A stretch of DNA of 64,000 nucleotides from a virus. Below, piece by piece: positions 19,101-29,407 of this stretch. Position 1 is the first letter of the stretch, and each line of letters opens with the position of its first letter. The position numbers and the translations under genes are program-made. The notes below the pieces were generated by a model, which worked only from the letters and a program-made list of their open reading frames with translations, had not been told where the DNA came from and did not search any database. The stretch covers positions 1-64,000 of IMG/VR virus record IMGVR_UViG_3300044732_000293. The stretch is one strand, 5' to 3'.

Positions 19101-22100
19101 ATGGCAGCTCTACTAAATGTAAAACAATTTGTAAGATTTGATGAACATGGTAATTTGAATGTTCCCAATAAGCTATTGGTAGCTTGTCAAGCTCATGTAC
19201 AAACTCCGCTGCTTGGTGATAATTCTAATAGAGTAGCTACAACAGAATGGGTAAGAGCACAATTAACAAATGTAACAGGAGTTTCTTTTTCTGAAACTGA
19301 TCCTATTTGGGCATCTGATAAAACTTATTATTATACTAAGTTACAATCTGATGCTAGATATTTACAATCATTTACAGAAACAGACCCTACTGTACCAGCT
19401 TGGGCTAAGACAAGTGTTAAGCCTACATATACTTTTGCTGAACTATTATCTAAGCCTACAACAATTGCAGGATATGGTATAACAGATATACCTACAACAC
19501 TTCCAGCATCTGATGTGTATGCTTGGGCTAAAGCTGCTACTAAGCCTAGTTATGCTTATAGTGAGATAACAGGACTACCTACATTATTTTCAGGTAGCTA
19601 TGCTGATTTAACAAATAAGCCTACATTATTTAGTGGTGCTTATACTGATTTGACTGGTAAGCCAACTTTGTTTAGTGGTGCATATGCAGACCTTACAGGT
19701 AAACCTACTATACCTACTAATAATAATGAGCTTACTAACGGTGCTGGTTACCTAACAAGTTATACAGAGACTGATCCAATTTGGACATCTGAAAAAGCTA
19801 ATTATGCTTTAAAGACTTATGTTGATACTAGCATTTCTAACTTAGTTGCTTCTGCACCTGCAACATTAAATACTCTTAATGAGTTAGCTTTAGCTCTCGG
19901 TAGTGATGCTAATTTTGCTACTACAGTATCTACTAGTATAGGAAATAGAGTACCTTATACAGGTGCAACTGGAAATGTTAATTTAGGAAACAATAGTTTA
20001 TCACTAGGTACAGCTGGCACAGCAGGATCAACGATTTCATTGCTAGGTACACTTAATGACTACATATCTGTGGGCACAGTAGGTTGTCAAGTTCAAATAT
20101 TGCCTGCTAGCATTAAACTTATTGACAATCAGGCTGGTGGCAGTTTAACATTATTTTTAAGGGCTGCTGGTTTGACTACAGGTGTAAATAGAACAATTTC
20201 ATTTCCAAATGCAGACGGCACAGTAGCATTGACATCAAACCTTAGTAATTATGTTACTTTAGATACTGCACAAGTTATAACAGGCTCAAAGATATTTGGC
20301 AGTAGTGTAAGTATTATTACAAGTGGTCAAGCATCTTTATCGGTATTATCATCAACAGGAAATAGTGCATTAATACTTGGCTATGTAAACAATGTATTAA
20401 AAGGTACAATAGATATTAGTGCAACAGAGTTTAAGTTAATTAGTGCTATTGATAATATCTTAAAATTCCAATCAAGTACAAATTTTAGAGCATCTTTGAT
20501 ATTTAGTAATTCGGCTGATTACAATTACACATTCCCTGCTGCAAGTGGAACTTTAGCTTTAACAAGTCAAATACCTTCTACTACAGGTTTTGTTCCATAC
20601 ACAGGTGCAACTGGTAGTTTATATTTAGGCAATAATGATGTAGAAACAAGGTTTGTGATGATAGAGGGTGATGGTACGCAAGGTGGTATTTTAAGTTTTA
20701 AACAATATGCATCTTCATGGCAATCAACAACAAATCATACAAACATTTATGCTACAGGTACAAATAAATTAAATTTTTCATTTTTTCAGACAGGCGGTGG
20801 AGGTAAATTTTTTAATTTTGATGTTTCATCTTTAAGTAGCACAGGTAGAACATATACAATGCCTGATGCTAGTGGTACAATAGCATTGATATCTGATATT
20901 ACTACATATAGTTTACCTATAGCAAGTGCTAGTGTTTTTGGTGGTATAAAAGTGGGTACTAATCTTTCTATAGATGTTAATGGTGTTTTATCATCAACAG
21001 ATACAAATACATGGAATGCTAATACTAAAGATGTAGCTGGTTATGTTTCCGCTCCAGGAGCAGTAGCAAACAAAGTATGGAAAACAGACGGAAGTGGAAA
21101 TCCTGCTTGGCGTGATGATGCTGATACTATTGTTACATCATTAGCTTGGACTAGTATTACTAGTAGACCAACTGCATTATCTCAGTTTACAAATGACTTA
21201 GGAAACTATGGTAGTTGGATTACATCTTCTGGGACGGCAGCTGCTGTAAGTCAAACTGTTGCAGCCAACGTAGAGGGTAATTTAGTATATGGAAATATGG
21301 CTGACAATGACCAGTTTAGAATAAGAATTGGCGGAGCATCAAATGCAGGATGGGTAGAATTAGCTACAGCTGATGATGGAACTGAGCCTATTTATGTCAG
21401 ACAATATACAGGAGTATTTACAACAGTTGCTAGAACAGCTACTTTGTTAGATGGATCTGGTAATACATCATTTCCTGGCTCAGTAACTGCAAATAATTTT
21501 ATAGGTTATTTAACTGGAAATATTAGTGGTAGTGCAGATTCTGCAACATATGGAAGATATGCTTATGATTCTGGGTTAAATGGTGGAAGTGTTGGATATA
21601 AAGAACCAGCTGCTTTACATGTAAATTATGCTACTGATTCTCTTAGGACTACATATGCCCAGATTGGATTTTATGTAAGAAACTATACTGCTCTTGGTGC
21701 AAGAAACGCAGAGATGACGTTTTATTGGTCTGGACAATCAGGTCAACCTACATGGTTATGGGGTAGTAATAATGGTACAGACATATATGTATGGAATCCA
21801 GCAAACTTTTCTGTAAATTATGCTACTACTGCTGGTAGTGCTACTGATGCTACTAAACTTCCACTAGCTGGGGGAACATTAACAGGTGATTTAGGTATTA
21901 ATGGGGGAGCTGGGAATGTTCCTTTGTCTATGAATAGTACAGAGCCTTATATGCACATTATTGCAAATGGTGCAAGTAATACAGCTGGTATTAGACTTTA
22001 TCCTACAAATGGTTACAATGCGTTGATAGGTAACTTTAGAGCTTCTGGTGAATTAGTACTTGTAGCTTCTAACACAGAAGCTGTATTTATTAATAGTAAT

Positions 22101-22553
22101 AGTATACGTGTAAATAAGTATAGATTTAATGGGAATGGTACATTGTCTGGTAATGGATTAGTTGAAATTGTTGATATGGCTGAGGTTGGGATGGCAACAC
22201 AAGCAAATTCATATAGATGGTATAGTGCTAATGCTGCTTCTATATTAATGTCATTAAATACATCAGGGGATCTTACTGCTAATGCATTCTTTGAATCTTC
22301 AGATATTAGATATAAAGATGTAATTGAAACTAATCCTAACTTAACTCTTGAAGGACTTGATGTTATTAAGTTTACACGAAGAGGTAGTAAACTTATTAGA
22401 TATGGTTACTCAGCTCAACAAGTTAAATCTTTATCAGAAGATTTAGTAGGTGGTACTAAAGATGATTTAACTGTAAATTATTCTGATGTACACACTCTTA
22501 AAATAGCGGCTTTAGAAAAACGTATTGCAGAACTTGAAGCTAAATTAAAATAA
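19101..22553 (+). CDS. Long tail fibre 3 with short S74-like chaperone, 1150 aa
   Basis: ETDP repeats, SAPATLNTLNELALALG motif, P..SGT.AL.S repeats, and SSDIRYKDVI...GYSAQQV C-terminus. Confidence 0.88.
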   Translation: MAALLNVKQFVRFDEHGNLNVPNKLLVACQAHVQTPLLGDNSNRVATTEWVRAQLTNVTGVSFSETDPIWASDKTYYYTKLQSDARYLQSFTETDPTVPAWAKTSVKPTYTFAELLSKPTTIAGYGITDIPTTLPASDVYAWAKAATKPSYAYSEITGLPTLFSGSYADLTNKPTLFSGAYTDLTGKPTLFSGAYADLTGKPTIPTNNNELTNGAGYLTSYTETDPIWTSEKANYALKTYVDTSISNLVASAPATLNTLNELALALGSDANFATTVSTSIGNRVPYTGATGNVNLGNNSLSLGTAGTAGSTISLLGTLNDYISVGTVGCQVQILPASIKLIDNQAGGSLTLFLRAAGLTTGVNRTISFPNADGTVALTSNLSNYVTLDTAQVITGSKIFGSSVSIITSGQASLSVLSSTGNSALILGYVNNVLKGTIDISATEFKLISAIDNILKFQSSTNFRASLIFSNSADYNYTFPAASGTLALTSQIPSTTGFVPYTGATGSLYLGNNDVETRFVMIEGDGTQGGILSFKQYASSWQSTTNHTNIYATGTNKLNFSFFQTGGGGKFFNFDVSSLSSTGRTYTMPDASGTIALISDITTYSLPIASASVFGGIKVGTNLSIDVNGVLSSTDTNTWNANTKDVAGYVSAPGAVANKVWKTDGSGNPAWRDDADTIVTSLAWTSITSRPTALSQFTNDLGNYGSWITSSGTAAAVSQTVAANVEGNLVYGNMADNDQFRIRIGGASNAGWVELATADDGTEPIYVRQYTGVFTTVARTATLLDGSGNTSFPGSVTANNFIGYLTGNISGSADSATYGRYAYDSGLNGGSVGYKEPAALHVNYATDSLRTTYAQIGFYVRNYTALGARNAEMTFYWSGQSGQPTWLWGSNNGTDIYVWNPANFSVNYATTAGSATDATKLPLAGGTLTGDLGINGGAGNVPLSMNSTEPYMHIIANGASNTAGIRLYPTNGYNALIGNFRASGELVLVASNTEAVFINSNSIRVNKYRFNGNGTLSGNGLVEIVDMAEVGMATQANSYRWYSANAASILMSLNTSGDLTANAFFESSDIRYKDVIETNPNLTLEGLDVIKFTRRGSKLIRYGYSAQQVKSLSEDLVGGTKDDLTVNYSDVHTLKIAALEKRIAELEAKLK
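19578..19703 (+). repeat. Three tandem 42-bp coding repeats (PTLFSGxYxDLTxK)
   Basis: PTLFSGSYADLTNK / PTLFSGAYTDLTGK / PTLFSGAYADLTGK in the shaft of fibre 3. Confidence 0.85.
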
Positions 22554-22554
22554 C

Positions 22555-24087
22555 ATGGCGTATAATGATTTAGAAAATAATCAAACTGTTAGTTTTACTA
22601 ATTTACAAAGTGGAGTTTCACAAGGTATATTTACTGCTAAAGCTACAATACCAACTAGTAATAGACAGGTAACAAAAGCTCAAGTTGATTCTTATATAAA
22701 TATTAATACAGCACTTCCATCATATATTGCAAAACCATCAAATAAATTAATTACTAAAGGAGATCTATCAGGAATTACTTCTACTTCTTCCTATATATTA
22801 TATGGTGTGGCAGGTAACACTGCTTATAAATCTATAGATGGAGGAACCACTTTTACAGCTTTACCAGGTTTAACAACAGCTTATAGTTGGACAGGAATAG
22901 CAGGAGATAGTTCAGGAAATTATATAGCTGTTATATCCAATTCATTAAATCTTGGAGTTTACATATCTACTGATGGAGGTGCTACATTTTCAGCAAGATC
23001 AATAAGTGGAGTTTTTGCTAATTTTTATCCAACAGGTGTAGCTATGTCTAATAATGGACAGTATATAGGTATATCAGGTTTAACAAACCTTTTAAATGCA
23101 GAAGGTGATAAGCAAGCGTTACTTGTAGCTTCATCAAATTACGGTAGTTCATTTGGCACTATTTATACAGATTCTATGAATGTTAATATGTATAAAAATT
23201 ATCCATTTAAAATATCTGTATCAGGTAATGGTCAATATATGACTGCTATTTATTCTTATGAAGTACAACCACCTCTGCCATGGCTTAACAACCCACGTCC
23301 TTGGTCATTTAGAATTTATTCAACTAATTACGGAGATACATGGACTAGAAGTTCAGGTAGTGAGTTTACAAGGTTTCTTGATATTGCATTAGATGGAACA
23401 GGTCAGAATCAGTTTTTAACCGCTGATTGGTGTAGGCCTGGGATATTTGGATTAGAAGGTATAAAAGCTTTTGTTACAAATAATTTTGGTGCTGGTTGGA
23501 GTGAAAGATATTCATTCATTGTTGATTATTATGGTGGTGATCTTCGTAAACAACAAGGTTTTGTTTCTGCAACTATATCAGATAACGGACAAGTTATGGT
23601 AGGAGCTACAAATCAAGCTGTATCAACTCCTAATTATGTAAACATGCCATCAACTCCTCCTTTGGTAATAAGATCATTTAATTCAGGTAATTCTTTTACA
23701 CCTAGTTTTGGATGGTACAATTGTGTACAAATAGCTGGTGGTACAGCTGTCACTACAGGTATTACAAATAACTATATTGCAATGATGCTAAATAATATAG
23801 GACAGTTTAATTATAGTAAAACAGGTGGAGAAAATTTTATACCTAAAGCTACAACAGCTCGTGCTTGGAATCAAATTTATAGAAAAGCTCTTATATATAA
23901 TCCAAATAATTATCCTGCTGCTGGAACGTTTATTAATAGTGTATGTGTAAATTGTGATTTATACGCTATAAGAGCAGATGGTAATGGAGGAACCTATCAG
24001 GCAGAAGTACTTCAGTATAATACAGAAGCATGTTGCACTATTGGTCCAGGTGGTGGAGGCGGTGGGGGTGATGGAGATATTGTATAA
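22555..24087 (+). CDS. Fibre-tip receptor-binding protein with BNR/Asp-box beta-propeller
   Basis: About 7 Asp-box-like motifs (SIDGGTTF, STDGGATF, SSNYGSSF, STNYGDTW, TNNFGAGW, SFNSGNSF, SKTGGENF); lies directly after fibre 3. Confidence 0.7.
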   Translation: MAYNDLENNQTVSFTNLQSGVSQGIFTAKATIPTSNRQVTKAQVDSYININTALPSYIAKPSNKLITKGDLSGITSTSSYILYGVAGNTAYKSIDGGTTFTALPGLTTAYSWTGIAGDSSGNYIAVISNSLNLGVYISTDGGATFSARSISGVFANFYPTGVAMSNNGQYIGISGLTNLLNAEGDKQALLVASSNYGSSFGTIYTDSMNVNMYKNYPFKISVSGNGQYMTAIYSYEVQPPLPWLNNPRPWSFRIYSTNYGDTWTRSSGSEFTRFLDIALDGTGQNQFLTADWCRPGIFGLEGIKAFVTNNFGAGWSERYSFIVDYYGGDLRKQQGFVSATISDNGQVMVGATNQAVSTPNYVNMPSTPPLVIRSFNSGNSFTPSFGWYNCVQIAGGTAVTTGITNNYIAMMLNNIGQFNYSKTGGENFIPKATTARAWNQIYRKALIYNPNNYPAAGTFINSVCVNCDLYAIRADGNGGTYQAEVLQYNTEACCTIGPGGGGGGGDGDIV

Positions 24088-24134
24088 TCCACATATGTTA
24101 ATATGTCATTGGCATAGTTATTGATTAATCTATA

Positions 24135-24142
24135 TAACTTTG
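24135..24142 (+). promoter_or_regulatory. Bacteroidota-type -7 element TAACTTTG
   Basis: Exact TAnnTTTG in the intergenic gap upstream of the ATG at 24170. Confidence 0.45.
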
Positions 24143-24169
24143 TATTGATTAATCTTTTAAAACCCATTT

Positions 24170-24685
24170 ATGGAAAAAATTACATTAAAACTTTATGAGT
24201 TCTACAATCTAGAAGCTGAACTCAATGGCTTAACCAACCAACAAACTGGTGAAAAAACTAGCTCTGGTTTATTACAAGAAAAGTTACCTTTAGTAACTAA
24301 GTACTGGTTATCTGACCTAGGTAAGAAAGTAGCAGCTGAAAAGGCTGCAGTGGAAGAACTTAAAAATGACTTGATCAAGAAGTATGGTAAAGAGGACGAC
24401 AAAGGTGGTATCTCTATCCCTATGGTAATTGATGAAGTGGATGCTGAAGGAAATGTAGTGTATACTACTCCTGATGCTGAAGGTAAGTCTTCTCCTAAAA
24501 AAGTGTTAAACCCAGACTTTCAGCAGTTTGAAAAAGAGTTCAATGAGCTTTTACAGACTGAGAAAGAATTAGAATATAGCACTATTAAATTAGCAGATTT
24601 TGCTAATGTAGAAACCTCTGAAAACTATAGTACTTTCTTTAAGCTTGTAAAAGTGGAAGAAGCTAAGGTAGTTCCTATGAATTAG
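24170..24685 (+). CDS. Hypothetical acidic helical protein (possible fibre chaperone)
   Basis: 171-aa ORF; the function is inferred from context only. Confidence 0.5.
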   Translation: MEKITLKLYEFYNLEAELNGLTNQQTGEKTSSGLLQEKLPLVTKYWLSDLGKKVAAEKAAVEELKNDLIKKYGKEDDKGGISIPMVIDEVDAEGNVVYTTPDAEGKSSPKKVLNPDFQQFEKEFNELLQTEKELEYSTIKLADFANVETSENYSTFFKLVKVEEAKVVPMN

Positions 24686-24722
24686 TAGTAGCGGGGCTGC
24701 TGTCCTATCCATTATACGTAAT

Positions 24723-24754
24723 AAACCATCTAGAGAAATCTAGGTGGTTTTTTT
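24723..24754 (+). terminator. Rho-independent terminator
   Basis: AAACCATCTAGA-gaaa-TCTAGGTGGTTT stem with a GNRA loop, followed by TTTT. Confidence 0.9.
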
Positions 24755-24775
24755 GTTATTATACTCAATTTTCCG

Positions 24776-24793
24776 TATATTATATTGTAGACT
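24776..24793 (+). promoter_or_regulatory. Putative phage promoter box TATATTATATTGTAGACT
   Basis: Matches the box at 260-278; lies just after a terminator and before the ATG at 24821. Confidence 0.6.
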
Positions 24794-24820
24794 TATACAA
24801 AACTTTAAACTTTTAATATT

Positions 24821-25324
24821 ATGGCACTAAAAATTACTAGCCAAATTGGAACAGATCGTGGAATTACTTCTGAAGCTTATGTAAGAATTGCTGACTATCA
24901 AGTTAGTAAATACGGATCTGCTAACTTTAGAATTGAATTATATCAATCTCAAGATGATGTAGTTTTTCCTGGTACATACCCTGGACCTAATATGTCTGGT
25001 ACTGGACCAGCTCGTAACCAACAAATTGGTGAAAGTTTATATGTAGCTATGACTAAGCAAGTTACTGAAACTGTTACAGTTAGACGTATGGTTCCTGTTG
25101 AAGTTACAGAAGAAGTACCTGGTGCCCCAGATGCTGATGGAAACTCTACAACCACTACTACAATTCGTACAGAAATGCAAGAGCAAGATGTAGAAGAAAC
25201 TGTTACTAAAACTGTACCTGATATGTCAGGAGCAGAAGGTGTAGATATTTTTGCTTTTGGATATGGTAAATTAAAAGCTAAACTTCAAGATTTATTTGGA
25301 GAAGCAAACGTTGTTGATTGTTAA
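24821..25324 (+). CDS. Hypothetical tail-associated protein, 167 aa
   Basis: ORF in the structural block; first gene after a promoter-like box. Confidence 0.55.
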   Translation: MALKITSQIGTDRGITSEAYVRIADYQVSKYGSANFRIELYQSQDDVVFPGTYPGPNMSGTGPARNQQIGESLYVAMTKQVTETVTVRRMVPVEVTEEVPGAPDADGNSTTTTTIRTEMQEQDVEETVTKTVPDMSGAEGVDIFAFGYGKLKAKLQDLFGEANVVDC

Positions 25325-25348
25325 TAACTCATTGATATATAAGTACTT

Positions 25349-26575
25349 ATGCTACCTACAAAATCTAATACTGCTGATAAGGGTTGTGCTCCAGTCTCTT
25401 CCAATTGCGTAATTTGGCAGGGTCCTAACCTGTCATGTATCAACCTTTGCAACGGTGATACCGTATCAGATGTAGTCTACAAACTTGCCGTAGAACTATG
25501 TGATTTACAAGCCCAGTTAGATCTTTCTGATCTTGACTTATCTTGTGTAGTGCAAGCTTGTCAAACTTGCCCAGAGCCAGTAAAAACCCTATCAGCCGTA
25601 TTGGATCTTATTATCACAAAGACATGTGATATAGAGCAAATTATTACTGATTTACAAAATGGTACTAGTGATTATGTAGAACCAAATTTAACTCTTCCTG
25701 CTTGTTTACAGTATGTAAATGCTCAGGGTCAGAATGTTACTTCAGTTCCTCACACTACATTTAGTAGCACAATGGCTACTAAGGTTTGTGCTCTTAATAC
25801 TTTAGTAAATACTCATACTAGCCAGATTACTGGTCATGAAAATAGAATTGTAGTTCTTGAAAACAAAACTGCAGACTTACTTCCTACAATTGTTCCAAAC
25901 TGTATATATGGATCTGACACTTCTGCTAAAACTCTTAACCAAGCTTTAGATACTTTAGAAGATCAGTTTTGTGTTCTTAGAGGAACTTTAGGAACTACTA
26001 CTGCTATTACAGCTGCAGCTGCTCAACAATGTGCGGGTTTAGCTCAAGCTACAGCATTTTCTCAAAATGGTACTTTAGGAAACATTCCAGGATGGAAACC
26101 TACTGTAACTACTCTTGCTGATTCTTTCCATAATCTATGGTTGACAGTATGTGACATGAGATCTGCTATGAAAGATGTTCTTACATCAGGTTCTGGTGGA
26201 GGTGCATGTTCTGGCTTTATTCTTAAGTTTGCTGCTTATGCTGATAACAATCGTCAAAATGTTACTTTAAGATTTGATACTTATACAACTATTCCTTCAG
26301 GGTTTACAGATTGTGATGGGGCAGGTGCTACTGTTACAATTAAAGATAATACTGGTAAAACTTATACAGGACGTGTAGTATTATCAACTGCAGTAAGTAA
26401 TACATCAGGTGTAACATTTGCTCTTGCATCATCAGGTTTGAATTTTTCTTCACCATATACTATTACAGTAGATGGTTGTGTAATCAAAGATGGTGTTTCT
26501 TGTAACAAAACTTATACTGAAACTATTACTGTTCCTTGTCCTACTGTAACAGGTGTAACAGCAACATTAGCTTAA
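25349..26575 (+). CDS. Cys-rich virion structural protein, 408 aa
   Basis: More than 20 Cys; SSNCVIWQGPNLSC motif, short coiled coils and a C-terminal beta domain. Confidence 0.6.
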   Translation: MLPTKSNTADKGCAPVSSNCVIWQGPNLSCINLCNGDTVSDVVYKLAVELCDLQAQLDLSDLDLSCVVQACQTCPEPVKTLSAVLDLIITKTCDIEQIITDLQNGTSDYVEPNLTLPACLQYVNAQGQNVTSVPHTTFSSTMATKVCALNTLVNTHTSQITGHENRIVVLENKTADLLPTIVPNCIYGSDTSAKTLNQALDTLEDQFCVLRGTLGTTTAITAAAAQQCAGLAQATAFSQNGTLGNIPGWKPTVTTLADSFHNLWLTVCDMRSAMKDVLTSGSGGGACSGFILKFAAYADNNRQNVTLRFDTYTTIPSGFTDCDGAGATVTIKDNTGKTYTGRVVLSTAVSNTSGVTFALASSGLNFSSPYTITVDGCVIKDGVSCNKTYTETITVPCPTVTGVTATLA

Positions 26576-26594
26576 TATTTAAAATAATTATACT

Positions 26595-27041
26595 ATGGCT
26601 TGTCAAGGTTGTAATGATACTGCTCTTCCACTGACCAACTGCAATGATGGTTGTGCAGATTGTAGTCCTACAAATGCAGTAGGATTACCTGATTGCCCTC
26701 CATCTAGTGAACCTTGTGAAGATTTATTATATAGTGAGTGTTTAAAATACACTGGTCCTAATTTACCTACTCTGGGTATTACTAACGGCATGCGTTTAAA
26801 GACTGCATTAGCAGCTTTGAATGTTGTACTATTAGGAGCTAATCCACCAGCAAAAAATCATGTAATCACTGTAACTGCTGTACAAAAGAAAGCTACTGTT
26901 GAATACTTAAATAAACTTGGAGTAATTACTTCAATCACTGTTACTAATACAACTAGTCCTCAAACTATTTGTGCTTTGGTAAATACACCAGCTGTTGTAT
27001 CTGGTAGCGGTAGTATTTCACTTACTACTACAACTTGCTAA
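26595..27041 (+). CDS. Cys-rich virion structural protein, 148 aa
   Basis: SECLKYTGPNLP resembles SNCVIWQGPNLS of the previous ORF. Confidence 0.55.
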   Translation: MACQGCNDTALPLTNCNDGCADCSPTNAVGLPDCPPSSEPCEDLLYSECLKYTGPNLPTLGITNGMRLKTALAALNVVLLGANPPAKNHVITVTAVQKKATVEYLNKLGVITSITVTNTTSPQTICALVNTPAVVSGSGSISLTTTTC

Positions 27042-27050
27042 AACTAATAT

Positions 27051-27482
27051 ATGTTACCTGAATGTGATAAATATAGAGTGCTAAGTTTAAGCTTTGCTAA
27101 TCCTGAAGTAGAACCAGCTAATGGTTATAATGTTCAATGGAGAGCTGTAGGAAATACTGAATGGAATACTGTAGTGGGAGTACTTAATAATCCTATTCTT
27201 ATTCCAAATGTTCCGGCTTGTTATAATATTGAAGGAACTATACAAGCAAATTGTGGGGATGGCAACTTAGGTAAGACTAGCTACTTTGCTGTATCTGGTT
27301 CTGTTAAAACTTGTTTTTTATATTCATTAGCTACAAACGGTACTACATATACTTATACATCTTGTAGTACAAATCAACCTACTTCTGTAACGGTAGGATC
27401 AAGTGGTGCTGTTACGATTTCAGCTTATGAAGGTAGTATTAGTCCTATGACAGGAGTATCACGTTTAGATGTAATTGCATAA
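27051..27482 (+). CDS. FnIII/Ig-like structural protein
   Basis: GYNVQWR...EGTIQANCG module shared with the next two ORFs. Confidence 0.55.
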   Translation: MLPECDKYRVLSLSFANPEVEPANGYNVQWRAVGNTEWNTVVGVLNNPILIPNVPACYNIEGTIQANCGDGNLGKTSYFAVSGSVKTCFLYSLATNGTTYTYTSCSTNQPTSVTVGSSGAVTISAYEGSISPMTGVSRLDVIA

Positions 27483-27485
27483 TAA

Positions 27486-28043
27486 ATGGCAACACTAACT
27501 ATAAATTTTACTGGTACAACACCTGCTCCAATTGGAGGTTACGTAGTTAAATACTGGCCTGTTGGAAGACCTAATGATGGTGATGGAAAAACTGTTACAG
27601 CAAGTCCTGCTGTTTTTAATAATGTTCCTGCCGGTGTATATGATGGAACAATTCAAGCTGCCTGTGGCGGTGGAGTTTTAAGTACTCCTGTTACATTTAA
27701 TGTAAACCTTGTTGAAACAGTTCCTTATTCAATTACTGGAGGCACACCTAGTGCAAGTTGTGGAAACTCAGCATCAGGTGTTCTTGTAGTTAACACTGCA
27801 GGTTATAAAGCTAGAGTTACTACAGTATATTATAGCGGAACTGGATCAAGACCAGGAGCTACTCTTACTATTAAACAAGGACAAAATGTAATAGCTACAG
27901 TAAGTTCTCCAGTAACTGTAAACAACACTCCTCTCACTGTAGCATCTGCTAATATTCCTATTGGAAATTATACATGGATTCTTACAGAAGTTAATTGTAG
28001 TAATGGTAGTGGAGTATCTTCATTTTCAATGTCTAATTCATAA
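27486..28043 (+). CDS. FnIII/Ig-like structural protein
   Basis: LTINFT..GGYVVKYWP...DGTIQAACG. Confidence 0.55.
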   Translation: MATLTINFTGTTPAPIGGYVVKYWPVGRPNDGDGKTVTASPAVFNNVPAGVYDGTIQAACGGGVLSTPVTFNVNLVETVPYSITGGTPSASCGNSASGVLVVNTAGYKARVTTVYYSGTGSRPGATLTIKQGQNVIATVSSPVTVNNTPLTVASANIPIGNYTWILTEVNCSNGSGVSSFSMSNS

Positions 28044-28046
28044 TAG

Positions 28047-29360
28047 ATGCCATATAGTTTAACCATAAATTTTACACCTCCAACTGGAAATGGTTATCAG
28101 TTTGTAACTGAGTACCGAGTTAAATATTGGCCAACAAGTAGTCCTACTAATGTTAGTACAGTATTTACTACTGCATTTCCATTAGTACTTACTGATTTAA
28201 ATCTTAGTAGCTATTCTGGGACAATAGAAGCTAAATGTGGAACTAACTATGGAACTCCAAGATCTTTTGGTCCAATAGTTATTGCAGGTGGCGGTGGTGG
28301 TACACCAAGTACTCCAGCATGTCCTTATAGAGTTGTGCTTTATGAAGATGAATCCGTAAGTTATCCTACTGGAGCATCTGGTAATACAACAGGTTGCCCT
28401 AAACCTGGTTATAGAATTAAACTTACTACTGAAGGTGGGGCTCTTGTAACTACATCTACAGCGTTAACTGTAGGTGTTACTTATACTGTTGAAACAGGAG
28501 ATTGTGCTAATCCTATAAGTGTTGAAACTTTTTCTACTACCCTTACTATCCCTGCAGGTTCTTCTATATCTTCTGGTGCAGCAGGAACAAGTTCAAGTTG
28601 TTATAATTATCATGTAGTTGGTAATAATGGTACAAATGATAGAGAATCAATTGATTGGTCATATGTTAGTTGTGCAGGTCTTACAATTAATCGTAGTATT
28701 GTAAATACTGCTGATACTGATGTATGTGCAAGACAAGGTAGTATTAGCGGTTCTGTTGACGAAACTGAGGGTACAGCTTGTGGTACTGTTACTACATCTG
28801 GTGCATATTTACAAGTAACTCAAGCTAATCAAAGAATTAGTAGTGTTAGTTTTTCAGCAGGAAATCCTACTACATTAGTAAACGGAACTCTTACTTGCAA
28901 TTTAACTTACGTTGGTGGTTCTGCAACTTTGCCTACTCAAAATATTTATTTAAATGTAACAGAAACTACAGCAGGATCAAGTAAGACAATAACATGGTAT
29001 TTTTCAAATAGTGCAAGTGGTCCTATAAATGCTAGTCTTCCTTTTGATGTAAAACTATCATATGAAGCTAGTGGATATGGTGTATCAGGAGGTTCACAAA
29101 ATGTATTGTCTACAATAGATGTAACTAGTTTAGAGATAGCTTCTAGTGAAACCATGCAAGGTCAAGGTACTACTGCTTATAACTGGGTTAGTGTGTTTAA
29201 TTTAGAAGTATCATTTAGATCAAGTATTTCTGGTAATTATACTACACCTATTACAATGCTTAACTCATCAGGAGGCTACCAAAATAATCCTGTTAGTTAT
29301 ACATATAATGGTACTATTTATAAAATTAATTTATATAGAAATCCTACTACAGCTTATTAA
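28047..29360 (+). CDS. Multi-domain FnIII/Ig-like structural protein, 437 aa
   Basis: LTINFT..EYRVKYWP...SGTIEAKCG followed by further S/T/G-rich beta domains. Confidence 0.55.
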   Translation: MPYSLTINFTPPTGNGYQFVTEYRVKYWPTSSPTNVSTVFTTAFPLVLTDLNLSSYSGTIEAKCGTNYGTPRSFGPIVIAGGGGGTPSTPACPYRVVLYEDESVSYPTGASGNTTGCPKPGYRIKLTTEGGALVTTSTALTVGVTYTVETGDCANPISVETFSTTLTIPAGSSISSGAAGTSSSCYNYHVVGNNGTNDRESIDWSYVSCAGLTINRSIVNTADTDVCARQGSISGSVDETEGTACGTVTTSGAYLQVTQANQRISSVSFSAGNPTTLVNGTLTCNLTYVGGSATLPTQNIYLNVTETTAGSSKTITWYFSNSASGPINASLPFDVKLSYEASGYGVSGGSQNVLSTIDVTSLEIASSETMQGQGTTAYNWVSVFNLEVSFRSSISGNYTTPITMLNSSGGYQNNPVSYTYNGTIYKINLYRNPTTAY

Positions 29361-29407
29361 AATAATAAAAAAGTCAGTGGTTTTGTTGGTTTCCACCTGA
29401 CAAACAA

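Noticed and set aside
19578-19703. CRISPR-like array
   Set aside because: The repeats are contiguous in-frame coding repeats without unique spacers.
24047-24075. G-rich run (GGTGGTGGAGGCGGTGGGGGTG) as a regulatory G-quadruplex
   Set aside because: Fully explained by a poly-Gly tail at the C-terminus of the 22555 protein.
3469-24087. Diversity-generating retroelement or invertase shufflon acting on the fibres
   Set aside because: No reverse transcriptase or recombinase in the window, no near-identical TR/VR pair differing only at adenines, and no inverted cassettes seen. The repeats differ at synonymous sites.
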